From NCBI GenBank assembly GCA_046563655.1, contig CM102290.1, forward strand, positions 2,480,001-2,544,000: DNA of 64,000 nt, in the 5' to 3' direction. A program made the position numbers and the translations under genes. Positions 12,970 through 24,866 of this stretch are shown here, one piece after another; the first letter of the stretch is position 1, and the number at the start of each line of letters is the position of its first letter. The stretch comes from Yuukianura sp. NJ FZ-2021 (Eukaryota). The notes under the pieces are model-generated. The model did not search any database. It was not told where the DNA came from and saw only the letters and a list, made by a program, of their open reading frames with translations.

Positions 12970-15900
12970 CTTGGTGGACCTGATCCACCAAGGGCCCCGA
13001 CGATTCCCAAATGCCTCTTGACCTTGTTGTTCCACTTTTAAATTTATCGTCACATCTCTCCGAAGTACGAGAAACATGAATGGGTTGCCCGAGTAGGATT
13101 GATGAGTTAACTTTTCCCGTTGATAATGAGCTCAGATACTGAGGGCCCACACTCTAAGGGCCCCCGACTCCTCTAAGGCCCACTCGTTGTCGGAAGCGCT
13201 AGGCCCGTCGTAATTAAGAAATAATTCTGTCACTCCTAATTCCCTAAAAACATTCGAGGGGTTCACAAAGTTCAAGAGGGACTTTTTTAAACTTCTTTTT
13301 TTTTTACTAAAGACGCCTTCTTACGATCAAGATGTCTCGCTTGATCTTTCCATGATTTCCTAGTTACAACATAACGCTAAATTAAACTTTTAACAACTTG
13401 AAATTTTATTTATTCTCTTATTTGAAGTTCTTAAGTTTAGGTTTGAAATTTTGTAACTAGTTGAACAGCTTTTTTTGGACAAAATCTGTATCATTGACTT
13501 TCACACTAACTGCAAATTGTCTCTTTATTAACAAAATCAGTTGCCATTTTTAGTTTAATTCTGCTCAAGGTTTGGCGCAATTACATAACCGTGCTAATAT
13601 TCAAAATTAATCAAATATTAATTCTTAAATTTAGAATAGTTTAATTCATGTTTGAATTGGCATCGACTCACAAAGTTTTTTTTACATTGAGACTAGCCAT
13701 AATTGCAGAAAAATAACAAAGTAAATTAAATCTCCAGAACCCAGAACTGATTTGAGTAGTTTGACAAGAAATTAAAGTTGTTCGACTAAAAAAAGTATGA
13801 AATTTGGACATGCCATGCGCCGAGTGCCAAAGTGGACACTGGGAATGTTGCCAAGTCATAAAGTGGAAATGACAAAATAAACCGGTTCCACACTGTCCAA
13901 GTCCATTCAAAGGACAATGAGTTCTTGTTGGCAGATTTAAAAAAAAAACTGTTCCAGTCGAAGCAGTGACAAAGAATGAATCTGATGATGTGGTGTTTTG
14001 TTACATAGAAACATAGGAATCAGTTGATAATTGCAGAATAATAAGAAGTTCCACTTGAGTCAAAAGTACTTTTGAAGTCAATTACTCCCTTTTACTCCAT
14101 TGGCATGACCAAGTACTCTCCCGTGGTTCCTACTATAACCTAGTATGTAATTGGATTATTAACTTCTTCTTGTTTGCGTGTTTCAGTTTCACAATTTGTG
14201 GAATTTGGTTTTTCGAAAAAATCTTTCCAAAAAACAAGGGCCAAACGCTCAATTGTTTCTTTGAAACAATTTTTGTTTGAAAAGTGATATAATTTACGTC
14301 TTTTTTGTTCTTTAAAAAAGTTGAAGTTAATGTCGAAACCGTTTTAATGTTTCAAATTGTGTAAACTGCTGGATACTCTGAGCATCTTCTGATTTTAAAA
14401 CTTCCTTTCGTCTTCTCCTGTCTAATTATCCCAAGAATTATGACCAGTTTACGACGACTCTCAGTTTACAAAAGACTAAAGGATTCACGTCCCATTGTTT
14501 TCACTACGAAAAATTTATCACCTTTAGTTTGCAAAAGGAGAAACAAGGTTAGAAACATTTTTGCAACTTTGTTCCAACTTGTACTCACGAACGGCGTTGG
14601 ACAAGGTTCGCCAGTGTCTGGGGATTCCAAAAAAAATGTTTTTTTTTTCCCAAATTTTTTTAAATTTTGTAAGAAGAAAATCAGTATCGGATGCCGGATG
14701 CATGAGCAATTAAAACATCAAAAAATTAGATTTGATTTATTTTCACGTTGATTTTTTTCTTCTTGCAAAAATGTGAGAGTATCCATTTCACATCCAACGG
14801 TTTGAAGCGAAACTGACTTTCAGTTTTCGAGAAAATTGGAAAACGGCGGCATTTTTAAAATTACAAAATACAATAAATGGACGCTGACGTTCTTGTGTAA
14901 TAGAAAATGGAAGGAAAACATTGTTTAAGGTTTTGAACTTTGTAAACTCATGAAGCGAAGAAGTTTGAGTTTTTAACGAGCAAAAAAAGAGCATTGAAGC
15001 TCAGATCCTATAATTTGCAAAACAGTGTATTTGACCTCTCCGAACTTACGCAAAGTTAAAGGTCACGAACACTTATTTGGACAAGCTTGTTTTGTTTTTC
15101 ATTTTCGTGTAAACATTTTTCTGCCAATTTGTTCTTTACACAAAACTTTGCACCAACTGCTCATGCCAAAACTTTTTTTTGTTTTGAAGATGCTTAACAA
15201 ACCAAAACCTTTGGTTTATTCCCTCTCACACAAAAGTTTTTAGAGTCTGACAGCCTAGGCGTCTCTGAGCCATCTTCCAAAGTGTCTCAAGATTTATGGG
15301 CTTGAGATTTAAAAAAGCCGGGAGGAGAGGTTGGCTTTCATTGATTAAGGGTTGCTTTTCAAAGGGACCAGGAGGGCCCTTGGCCTTTGCCGCATCCAAA
15401 AGACACTTGGAAAACAAGAACTTTTTTTAGAAGGAAATCCACTGGGGAGTTTAAAGTGCGTTGAAAAAGCGCTTAACCTAGCAATGCATAGTCCTTGATG
15501 AATAATTTATTTGTTCAAGTCAATTAGAAACGTCTTCGAAGTTGGGCGATCTTACCCCTCCCAAAATCCGACTTAAATAAAACTAAAGCCATCTTCTGTA
15601 CAGGGTTGTTCTCACTTGAAGACGTGACAATTGTTTCCTTAAAAGTAGAACTTGTTGCTATAATTATTATTCCACAATCCTCCCCTCCTTAATGCTTTAC
15701 TGATCAAAGGGGTTTCCGCTAATGCATTAACTAACACCTAAACTTAACGCCTCCATTTCACTAAACAAAAGAATTACCAACCAACAATGGCTTTCAGACG
15801 CCCATTTAAAGGAAAACAGGAAAAGCCGGTAGAATTTGAACATTCAAAAAATTTACGTTATTCAAATTCTTCTGAAATTTTTCTTCGGGAAAAAAATCTC

Positions 15901-16459
15901 CGTTTCTAATTTTTCCAAATCCGTCGTTTTAAGTTTTGCCAGATCCTGCAGAAGTTAATTTTTTTTTTCAAATCCTGCCAAATTTCAATTTTTTTTCTAG
16001 CCAATTTAAAAACGCGGGTTTTAAATAACAATTCCTGAAAGCATCTCTTGGTTTTTCTGCATGTACTTTCGGCTTTGGGCTAAAAGAAGAAAAGTAGTTC
16101 ATAATTAACGCCTCTGTTCGACCATTCCATGGTTTGTGGGGTGTCATAATTAATTAATCAGCTCACAAAAGTGAAGACATGGAAGAAGTTGGACTCTGTA
16201 GGGATATGTGTCGCTTTGGAATAATTGAAAGGAGGGGAGAAGCATTAGAAGGCATTTGTGTTTTTGTAAAAGGCCGCCTCAATTTCTCTTCTTCCTTAAA
16301 CTAAACCGCTCGCTGAGTCGTGCTTTCTTTTTTGAAATCGTTTTTGTTCTAGATTCTCATTGAAATCCAATTTGTAACACAGTTCCCTTATAGGGAAATG
16401 AGCCAAATGTATTTCAATTCACAGCCTAAGTTTTAAAAATGTTTTTGTTTTTGTTGTAG

Positions 16460-16600
16460 GATCACTTCGACCACCCGGAATAATTGGAGGAAGCAAACCA
16501 AAAGTAGCTACACCAACCGTCGTTGCGAAAATTGAGCAGTACAAAAGGGAGAATCCAACAATTTTTGCATGGGAAATTCGCGAGAGACTCATTCATGATG
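16460..16600 (+). CDS. eyg: eyegone-like exon 3: paired-domain linker and RED subdomain ([47 protein letters not shown])
   Basis: Not in the ORF track; hand-translated. Acceptor ttgttgtag, donor G|GTAATT at 16601. GGSKPKVAT and FAWEIRERL are diagnostic paired-domain motifs. Confidence 0.95.
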
Positions 16601-19600
16601 GTAATTTTTTTTTTTGGAAAGCCTATTTTTAATTCCCCGAGTTAAGCCGTATTCTATTCTTTAGTTTTTTTTTAAAATTTATCGGTCCAAAATCAAAATT
16701 AGTTTGACTGCATTTTAAAGCTTTGAGTTGGAAAAAACAGAGTTTTTTCTGGTTGGAAATCTTAATTTTTTGATTCTTTGCGTTGACAAGTCTGCCTTTT
16801 CTTTCTCGTTTTTTCTTGTACAATTTGGGGTACTTTGAGAGGTGTGAAAAGTGTAATTAAAAGAAAGGTAAAGTCCATGTCCATAAATCTGATGATCCCG
16901 AGATGTTAAGCAGGAGATGCTGAAGTGTCTGTCGTTGGGTGTGGTTTTTTTAATTCCCCTCTTTCCGTAGTGTAGTGTAATTCTTGGTTGAAGACAAGGG
17001 AGCGGCCGTAAGAAACACCGTAAAAGACATACTACTTAAGAGGACTTGGGTGACATGAAAGGTGTTTTAGCACCAAGTTCAAACTGTTTTAATCCACCAT
17101 CTCATGAGCAATGACTCACTTCCATTATTATCCAAAGAAACTCATCACTCCTGATACATTTCAGAGATAAACTTGTATTTAAAAAGTCACTCCAATTCAT
17201 AATTGAAATTTTCCAATAATTGAAAAATTGCTATTGAATAGTTTCATGAAAATCCCGGAATGGAATTAGGTTAGGGAAAATTGAACGAAGCTAAGAAATT
17301 ATTCTTTGAATTTTTGACTTTCGAATTTATATATTTTTATTTGGATGCAATTAAAAATTGGATGAAATGGATCATCTAAAACACACTTTTATTTTATAAA
17401 TTCAAAGTACAGTCGAAACTTTTAGCAAAATATGCTAAATCAGAAAATTTTGCCAAAATTTTGACCACCAAAACATCTTCATTGTATTTTGACGCCTCTT
17501 TTTTTCCTTTAAAAAATTTTCCAGTGAGCAAATACATGCCGTGGAACCTCGATTTCCATCATCTTCCTTGTTAGGCTGTTCAAACCGGTTCATTTTGAAA
17601 TTCACATAAAGATTAGAATCTGTTGCAAAGAAAAAAAATGCTGGTTTGATTCGAATGTCAAACGACGACAACCTTCCACGTTTTCTCGTCATCCCGTCAA
17701 AGTCAATGCAAATACTTGTTTAGGCTACTGGGAACTTATGGAACACAGTAAAAAGAACTCTTGGTTAGTTACGACGAAACAAATTAAATCAGTTTACCAA
17801 AACGTAAGCCCTAAAATCCACCCCCTTATGTGCTAACCTTAATGACTATTTGTCATTTACAAATTTGTCACCTTGTCTTAAATGTCACCATTTAACGACC
17901 ACTTTGACACTTCTGCTGCATTCTGGCACCTCTGCTCTGGAATGTGTCCATAACTTTTTTAACTTTGGGTTTGCATTAGGCGTAGAGAGGTGAATGACCT
18001 TAGATTGACCCCTAGAACTCAGAATTAGAAAAAAAAGACTGTAGGTAGAACGTAGAAGCTGAAGTTAGCCTAATTTTAAAAAGACTAATCGATTCTCTCT
18101 CCAGTATTATTCATGTGATTTTTGGGAGGAACAAAAGTTCCAAAGCGAAACCCAATTCATAACTATTAATCAGTTTTGAAAATGACAAAAAAGTCTTTTT
18201 TGACTCGTAAGACAACTTAATTTTTAAGCGCACCAAAGAGCACTACTGCCATTCCGTTGGCTTATTTTGACTTTTTCGTGGAGCCATTCATTAATTACGA
18301 GAACAACATCAACGAAAAATGGGGGAAAGTGTGGTGCTTGAGCATTGAGAAAAAAAAGAAAGCCAAAAAAAGTTGTCACTATGTTAAGTATATAGGAAGT
18401 CCTAAAATAATAATTTAGAGACTTGGCCCATAAAATTTTTGCTTTAAGCAAAGAAGTCAAGAAATCTATCAATTCAGATATTAATTTTTAAGGTTATGGG
18501 CAACCAACAGCCATGCCTTTTTCAAACTTTGCAAATTTTTAAAGCGTGAATACTTAAGACAGGTACTAATTAAGCACGAAAATTTTCCAATTCGCAACAT
18601 GTTTTATGATCAGTTTATTACTTAAACTGAAAGTAATTAAACACAATTGAATTGATTTTTTTTCTGACAAATTCAGTTCGGAGTTATGGAAGAAAACGAA
18701 TTTGTTAACTGTTTTTTCAAACTTAATTTCTAAAGTCATTGACTAAAATTTCAGGCGGCATCTATTGCCTACATCAAATTTCACAGAAATTGGGAATTAG
18801 AGTTTTTGTGTGATGATTAGCTTTGGAAGAAAATTGAAATTGGTTTGAATTTAGTCAATGAGCAATTTGATACCGCCTCAGCGATTACTGTAATTTTGAA
18901 AATGTTGCCCATTAATTTTTGGCCAATTTTCAAATCGGTTTCCCAATTTCTTGTCAAAGAAGTACAACTTAGGTATATAACCGAGTTAAAAATTTCAAAA
19001 GGAGCCAAGTTGAAATTCTTCTCGGTTAAGACTATAAATTTTTAGTTTTAACGTATGTCTGAAATTAGTTTTTAAAAGTGGCACATTATATATTGCATTA
19101 TGAGACTCAGGCGTAGGTGTTGCTCTATTTGTTTGCTCCTAAGTTATTAAACTTTGATTTGGGTAAGTTAGAGCGTAAAGTGATTGTTGTGATGGAAGAT
19201 TTCCATTGTTGCGGGAGGTGATTTTAAGTGAGAGGAGACGACAGGTGCCTAAAGTCATTAATCACACCTAATGAGCTCCTACTCGTTCCTCACTTATTCC
19301 CTACTACATAACATAACCTAACTTTCATAGTTATTGGCTACAATAGAATATGCTGTCGACTTACCTCCAGCATCGAAACTCAAACTTACAAGTTCACCGC
19401 ATAGACTTAACTTCGGCAGCATTTGGTGCTTGTCCCTAACTTACACAAAAGAAACCAAGCACAAAACAACCAATCTATTCTGTTCCCACTAAATCAATCA
19501 TTTTCATACTTCCGGCATCCGTCCTCACTCAAATTCGTTTTTTAAATTATGAATTCCCCCTTCAAATTCTATGCAATAAATACTTTCAAAAAATGCAATT

Positions 19601-20483
19601 GGGCATAGACTGTAATCATAAAAATTCGAAACATAAAATTCGTATTTTTTGGTAATACGAACACAGTTACCAAACTTGATTTTGTACAGCGTGACATATT
19701 GTTGCCCTACCTATTGTTAGCACAAATGTTACTGAATACGTATTGCGGTTTGCGGTTAGTCTTTTAGATTTAAAACGCTAACATGACAAAAGAGTACAAA
19801 TTCCTGTGAGAATTTTCTGAATAATTGGATGGTCGTACCAAGTCCACTTGTTTCAAGACGTGAAAGGTCAAGGAACCACCTAGACTTTAATATTTTGCAA
19901 ATAATTTTTGTAACTAATGGTAAGGCATAAGGTGTTTTGAATGTTCCGTTGAACGGAGTAGGGAATTGGAAGTGTTGTCCAAAAGTGCCTCTTGCTTGCC
20001 TGTTAATTGTCTTTACGGAGGGGGTCCTTTCTTTATGGCCCTTTAGCTATTTATCTTCCCCAAGGAGCAGTTATTCTCCTTCCAAAGATGAGTTATTTGT
20101 CATCTAAAATTAGAATTAGAAGAGGCCAGGGTGATCTTCTCCCAGGAATTCAGAAGCCTCCAAAATCATAAAAATCCACTTCACTTTTGGCACCCTTCGT
20201 ACTTTAGCAAAAAGGAAACGAAATTGAGGCTTAAGTGGAACTTCGTTCAGAGTACGCTCGAAGGTGTGAAATTCGTCACAGTCTTCAAATTCAATTGATT
20301 CTTTTTATAATTAAAGACTTTTTTTTCTAGGTCCTGCTCTTCTCACACCTTCCTCAGTAAAAATTAGCATTAATTTGGAAGATCATAATTTCACACCTCC
20401 GACTGTGCTTTGGGCTAAATTTTAACTGGAAATGAGTTTCTGATTTTAACTTTGTCTCAAATTATTTTTGATTTTTTTTGCAG

Positions 20484-20867
20484 GAGTTTGTACAAACAGT
20501 ACAGCACCTAGCGTCAGTAGTATTAACAGGATTTTACGAAATCGAGCTGCCGAGAGAGCTGCAGCGGAATTTGCAAGGGCTGCAGGTTATGCCGGACTTT
20601 ATCATCCTTATGCAGCAGCACTGTCATGGCCAGCCGCTGCTGCAGCGGCGCATCATCTCTGGTCACCTCTGAATCCTTCAAATCCATCTACTGCTGGAGC
20701 AGCAACGTTACCGCAATCAGCACTTCCTACTCTTGGTTCGGCTGGACTTGGATCGACTCCGGGTCATCAAGGTCAACTACCTTCAGATCTCTCCCATCCA
20801 GGAAGTCACAGTACTTCGTCAACCAGACCACCTTCTTCGGAGAGTCCGACGATTCGAACGAGTCACT
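20484..20867 (+). CDS. eyg: eyegone-like exon 4 (GVCTNSTAPSVSSINRILRNRAAERAAAEFARAAGY...)
   Basis: Acceptor ttttgcag (20483), donor T|GTAAGT at 20868. Encodes the end of RED (PSVSSINRILRN) followed by the Eyg-type RAAERAAAEFARAAGY segment. Confidence 0.95.
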
Positions 20868-20882
20868 GTAAGTACAGTACAC

Positions 20883-21024
20883 TCTCTAATTAAGCAACTA
20901 AAAACCTCAAACATTTCTCCATTTCTTTTCAATGAGGCCTCCGTGTGGCCTTAGAGGAAGCCTCTCTGAGGCCCACGACAAGAAATGGAGAAAGGGTTGA
21001 GGTTTTTAGTTGCTTATTTAGAGA
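20883..21024. repeat. long inverted repeat (hairpin) inside eyg intron 4
   Basis: 20883-20927 matches the reverse complement of 20980-21024 at 42/45 positions. Confidence 0.9.
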
Positions 21025-21101
21025 ATGAGGTGTATTTGTTGCTTCAGCTCTCAAAACTTTCTACAATTCATGATGGAATATTTTTGTGTAATTTTGAGCA
21101 G

Positions 21102-21322
21102 TGGAACTGGAAAGTCGAAATTCTGAGGACGCTTCCCTAAGTGGAGCCATAAGTGGAACAGACAGTGATGGGGAAGTTCCTAAATTTCGACGCAATCGGA
21201 CAACTTTTACGCCAGATCAACTGCAGGAACTTGAGAAAGAGTTTCAGAAATCTCACTATCCTTGTGTAGCCACCAGAGAACGACTAGCATCCAAAACGAA
21301 TTTGTCAGAAGCACGAGTTCAG
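21102..21322 (+). CDS. eyg: eyegone-like exon 5: homeodomain N-terminal part ([46 protein letters not shown])
   Basis: Acceptor gagcag (21101), donor CAG|GTAAAT at 21323. Paired-class homeodomain interrupted at the classic RVQ/VWF position. Confidence 0.95.
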
Positions 21323-22076
21323 GTAAATTTTAATTCAATTTGAAAATTTTAAACTTTACTTATGAAAAATTAAGGCCTCTGGAGGCTTTGAAGTGTAAAC
21401 TAGTCAAAGCTTAACTGAAGTAAGATGTTAGAGATGTTATCCGCGTGTGAAATTGAGGAGTTAGGCCTAGGGTTGGGTCAGATGACCTGAGTGCATTTGT
21501 TACTTTGGATCCGTTTGTCAGAGATGATCCCTTGATCAAGGATGAAGACGTCTAGGAAGTGACCAAGGGTCCCCTTTATAAGGCTGCTTCCAATTGATGT
21601 TGTGCATTTGTAAGGATTAAGATGAAGGCAGAGTCCCATTTGTCTCACGGTTTGACTCCCATTTATCTTTTACCTTCAGAGGGAGGGTCAGTGTCAGGTC
21701 AACAGTTGAGGAGGTGTCAAATCCGCTATTTATTTTCAACCACAGTCAAAACGTGTTCAAATCAAGTCTCGCACCTCAATATCTTATAGGAGGTCAACTA
21801 GTTTCCAAAAGTTTACTTTGGCCTTAGAGATGTTAATTTTAAACAAATTTAAAAAACAAAACTCACCGCTTTTAAATTCATTGAAACATTTTTTTTTTGA
21901 AATTTAAAGTTTGAAGATTCAACCCCCTGAAAGAAGAGGGATGGTTTGCTTAATTTTAGTTTAGCTATAATCAGGTTATTTAGGGTAGGCGAGGTTCGCT
22001 TTTTAAGTTAGGTTAGATTTTAATAGTATTAGAATATACTGAATAACTTCGTACATGTATTCTTTGTTGAATTCAG

Positions 22077-22769
22077 GTTTGGTTTTCAAACAGACGAGCC
22101 AAGTGGAGGCGCCATCAACGTATGAATCTGCTGAAACCATTTGCAATTCATGGGTCAACTTCACCAAACAGCATTGGGCACCATGGCAACTCTTCACCCC
22201 CACCGTCACCCTCCCCACCTCCACCCCCATCTCGATCCACCCCACCTTCCCGCAGGGACTTGTCCCCTCACCCCCTATCCCAACTGGATCTCCACGGAGA
22301 CAAGCGTCACTTGGACCATGGCGACCGGCGTCACTTGCGAACCGAACCCCTGCCCCTCCCCCTCCTCCAGCACCACTCTTCCCTTGGCCCTATGCTCATG
22401 GGTGGGGAGAACAGTGCCTTCAACCCCATGCCCCACTTCCAGTCCCACTACCACTCCCACCCAGGACTCAGACATCTCAGTCCCATGGCCAAGATTCAAC
22501 AGACTCTTCAACGAACGACGACAAGCAACGGAGATATGGAGGTCAAAGGTCAACGGCCAAGCCCTCAGAGCTCCCCCTCTCCATCACCCCACTCTGACAC
22601 TTCTGAATTGGTTGACATGAGTGACAGTGAACCGGAACAAATGGATGATGACAAGCACCAACGGTCTCCCGAACATCTTCCCCACCGAATTCGACAACAT
22701 TCTACTCTGCACTACAGCGGCAAAGGGCCTCTCAGTTTCAGCAGTCGACAGAGTGCAGAACGAGACTAA
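22077..22769 (+). CDS. eyg: eyegone-like terminal exon (VWFSNRRAKWRRHQR...SAERD*)
   Basis: Acceptor attcag (22076). WFSNRRAKWRR gives the Pax-type Ser50; the frame continues through ORF 22122-22769 to TAA. The six exons total 1800 nt, 599 aa plus stop. Confidence 0.93.
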   Translation, partial: VWFSNRRAKWRRHQRMNLLKPFAIHGSTSPNSIGHHGNSSPPPSPSPPPPPSRSTPPSRRDLSPHPLSQLDLHGDKRHLDHGDRRHLRTEPLPLPLLQHHSSLGPMLMGGENSAFNPMPHFQSHYHSHPGLRHLSPMAKIQQTLQRTTTSNGDMEVKGQRPSPQSSPSPSPHSDTSELVDMSDSEPEQMDDDKHQRSPEHLPHRIRQHSTLHYSGKGPLSFSSRQSAERD

Positions 22770-24076
22770 AAATTGTAATTCGCAGCAAAAACAAAAACGA
22801 ATCAACCCGGTTTTTATTTTCAAAATTCCAAATCTAATTAGTTTCTTTTTAACAAATAATTACGGAATCACGACTTCCTTTTTGGATTTTAGAATTCGAA
22901 TCTTTTACCAGTGCATTGAATTCCTAATGATCAGTAGAGAGTTGCTTAAATTAGATTTACGTAATTTAGGTTCCTGATCGGTGGTCTCTGCTTAATTTGT
23001 CTTGTTTGAGCCGCTTAGTCCCATCAATCACCAACAAAAGCCACACACAGACACAAGTCCAATTTCATAAGGGCTCCAAGGGCCCCCTTAATTGTGAATG
23101 AGCTTTTGATTTGGGCAAAAGCAGAGCTGACATGACGGGGTGGGAAGTATCGAAGGTGTTGATGGGTCCTTAGCATTTCGTTTCCTAAAAAATTTTCATC
23201 AAGCAACTCTGCTTGGTTCCTATAGAATTCTTTTTCACTTGATCCCCCTCATCACCCGAAGTCTTCCCACCCTTAGAACAAAAGCTTAGGGCATTTCTAA
23301 TCATGCATAAAAGTTGATATCGCGAACGGTGTCACCTTGAGCACCATAGGAACTTTAATTGGAATTACGGCGTGCAGAGTATAAACGTATTTAACGTTAT
23401 AACGCCTCATCACCTTCCACTTAATTACACAAAAACAAAGACTAAAAAAGACAAAAGAGTTAACAAAAAGTAGCTTTCCATTCAAAAAGGAATGACAGCC
23501 TAGGCTGCTTAGCCTCATCAACTATCACAAACTTTTAAAAAAATGCTTTTGTGAATCTTTACATCAAAAAGGCTTAACAAAAGTGACAATTTTGGACTTG
23601 ACAATTGAATTAAACACACTTCTAAAACAATGTAGAAATTTTATGATTTTGCTTCTGAGTTTTGTCAAGTGACAAAATTGTTTCGACAATATCAGTTCAA
23701 ATGTTTACAAAAAGTTACTAACTATTGCTATAACCATCCGCAGTCCGTCTTTGTTTTCTTTCTAAGAAATTTTCTGAACTGTTAGAAAATGTTTTGTACA
23801 CAACGAATTTCAGAAAAAAAAGTACACAACTCCTGCGGACGCGGACACGAAAAAAAGACAAGTGAAAAGTAGAATTTAGCATTGTTGGTTCCTTAATAAC
23901 ACTAAAGTGTGAAGCACATTAATTTATTGCAATTTAATAGTTTGTCGTGTACTTTAACATGTTAGTGTACATACTGTATAAATAACAATTAAAAACGTTA
24001 ATTAAAGTTAAGTTAAAGCACAGTTAAGTTTGCACATTCATTTACAAAATGTTCACTATTAAATGTAAACTTCAGC

Positions 24077-24082
24077 AATAAA
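24077..24082 (+). promoter_or_regulatory. candidate poly(A) signal of the eyegone-like gene
   Basis: AATAAA about 1.3 kb after the stop, following UTR-like AT-rich sequence. Confidence 0.35.
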
Positions 24083-24825
24083 ATTTCACTGTAACAAAAA
24101 CGGTTCTTGTAAAATTTACTGCTAAAATCAAAACCAAAATTTTATTGCATTGCATTTCTTCACATAAAAAAAATTTGATGATTTTTTTTGTTGAGATTTT
24201 TCTTTAAAGTTTAAAATAACCCAACGCTTTAACTTAATTTTTGGTTTGTTATTTTATTTTAACCTTTTTGGAGGTTGAAATGAAACTTTTCAAAATTTCA
24301 ATTTCAGAAATGCTTCCCCTTGTTTACCATGGAGTTGCAATAAAAAAAGGCCAAGTCGGTTGGGCCATAAATCACATCATTTTTCTGTTTTGTATTTGAG
24401 TTTGGCGGGAGTAGGAATTTTTGAGTGAACGTTTTGGACTTGGGCTGCAGGTTCTTTGCCTTATTGCCTATAAATTGCTTATCATCATCCATTACACCTT
24501 GCCTCTTTGGAGGGTAGCCCTTTGCAGGGACTTGGCCAAAGAACAACAAGTGATCTTCGTAATGAGATGGAGGTCCCTTAGACCAGCAGCAGGTGGGGAT
24601 TAAGGCACCAGGCCACTTCAAGGCGTCGTCTCCATTTCAAAGTCCCCGCGTTAGCATTTCCAGCCATTTTTTCTTCAGGGAAAGTAAATATTCCGGAGTG
24701 GGACAAAGGAGATCACAATCAACTTGACCTCAGAATGATTGAAAGCCGAAACGGCACGAGCCCACAAAGGCTTCAATTGTGTTTTATGAAATTGAAGAAG
24801 TTGAGGAGAGTGGAGGACTTAAGCA

Positions 24826-24866
24826 TTATTATATATTATATAGAATACATTATATATTATTATATT
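24826..24866. repeat. AT-only low-complexity/microsatellite-like tract
   Basis: attattatatattatatagaatacattatatattattatatt. Confidence 0.6.

Noticed and set aside
14148..14158. TAATTGGATTA P3-type paired-homeodomain site in eyg intron 2 (possible autoregulation)
   Set aside because: Such AT-rich 8-bp patterns are expected several times by chance in 64 kb of this composition.
22055..22620. Pro/His-rich overlapping ORFs (180 aa, 159 aa)
   Set aside because: Alternative frames of the C-rich eyg terminal exon; the homeodomain fixes the true frame.
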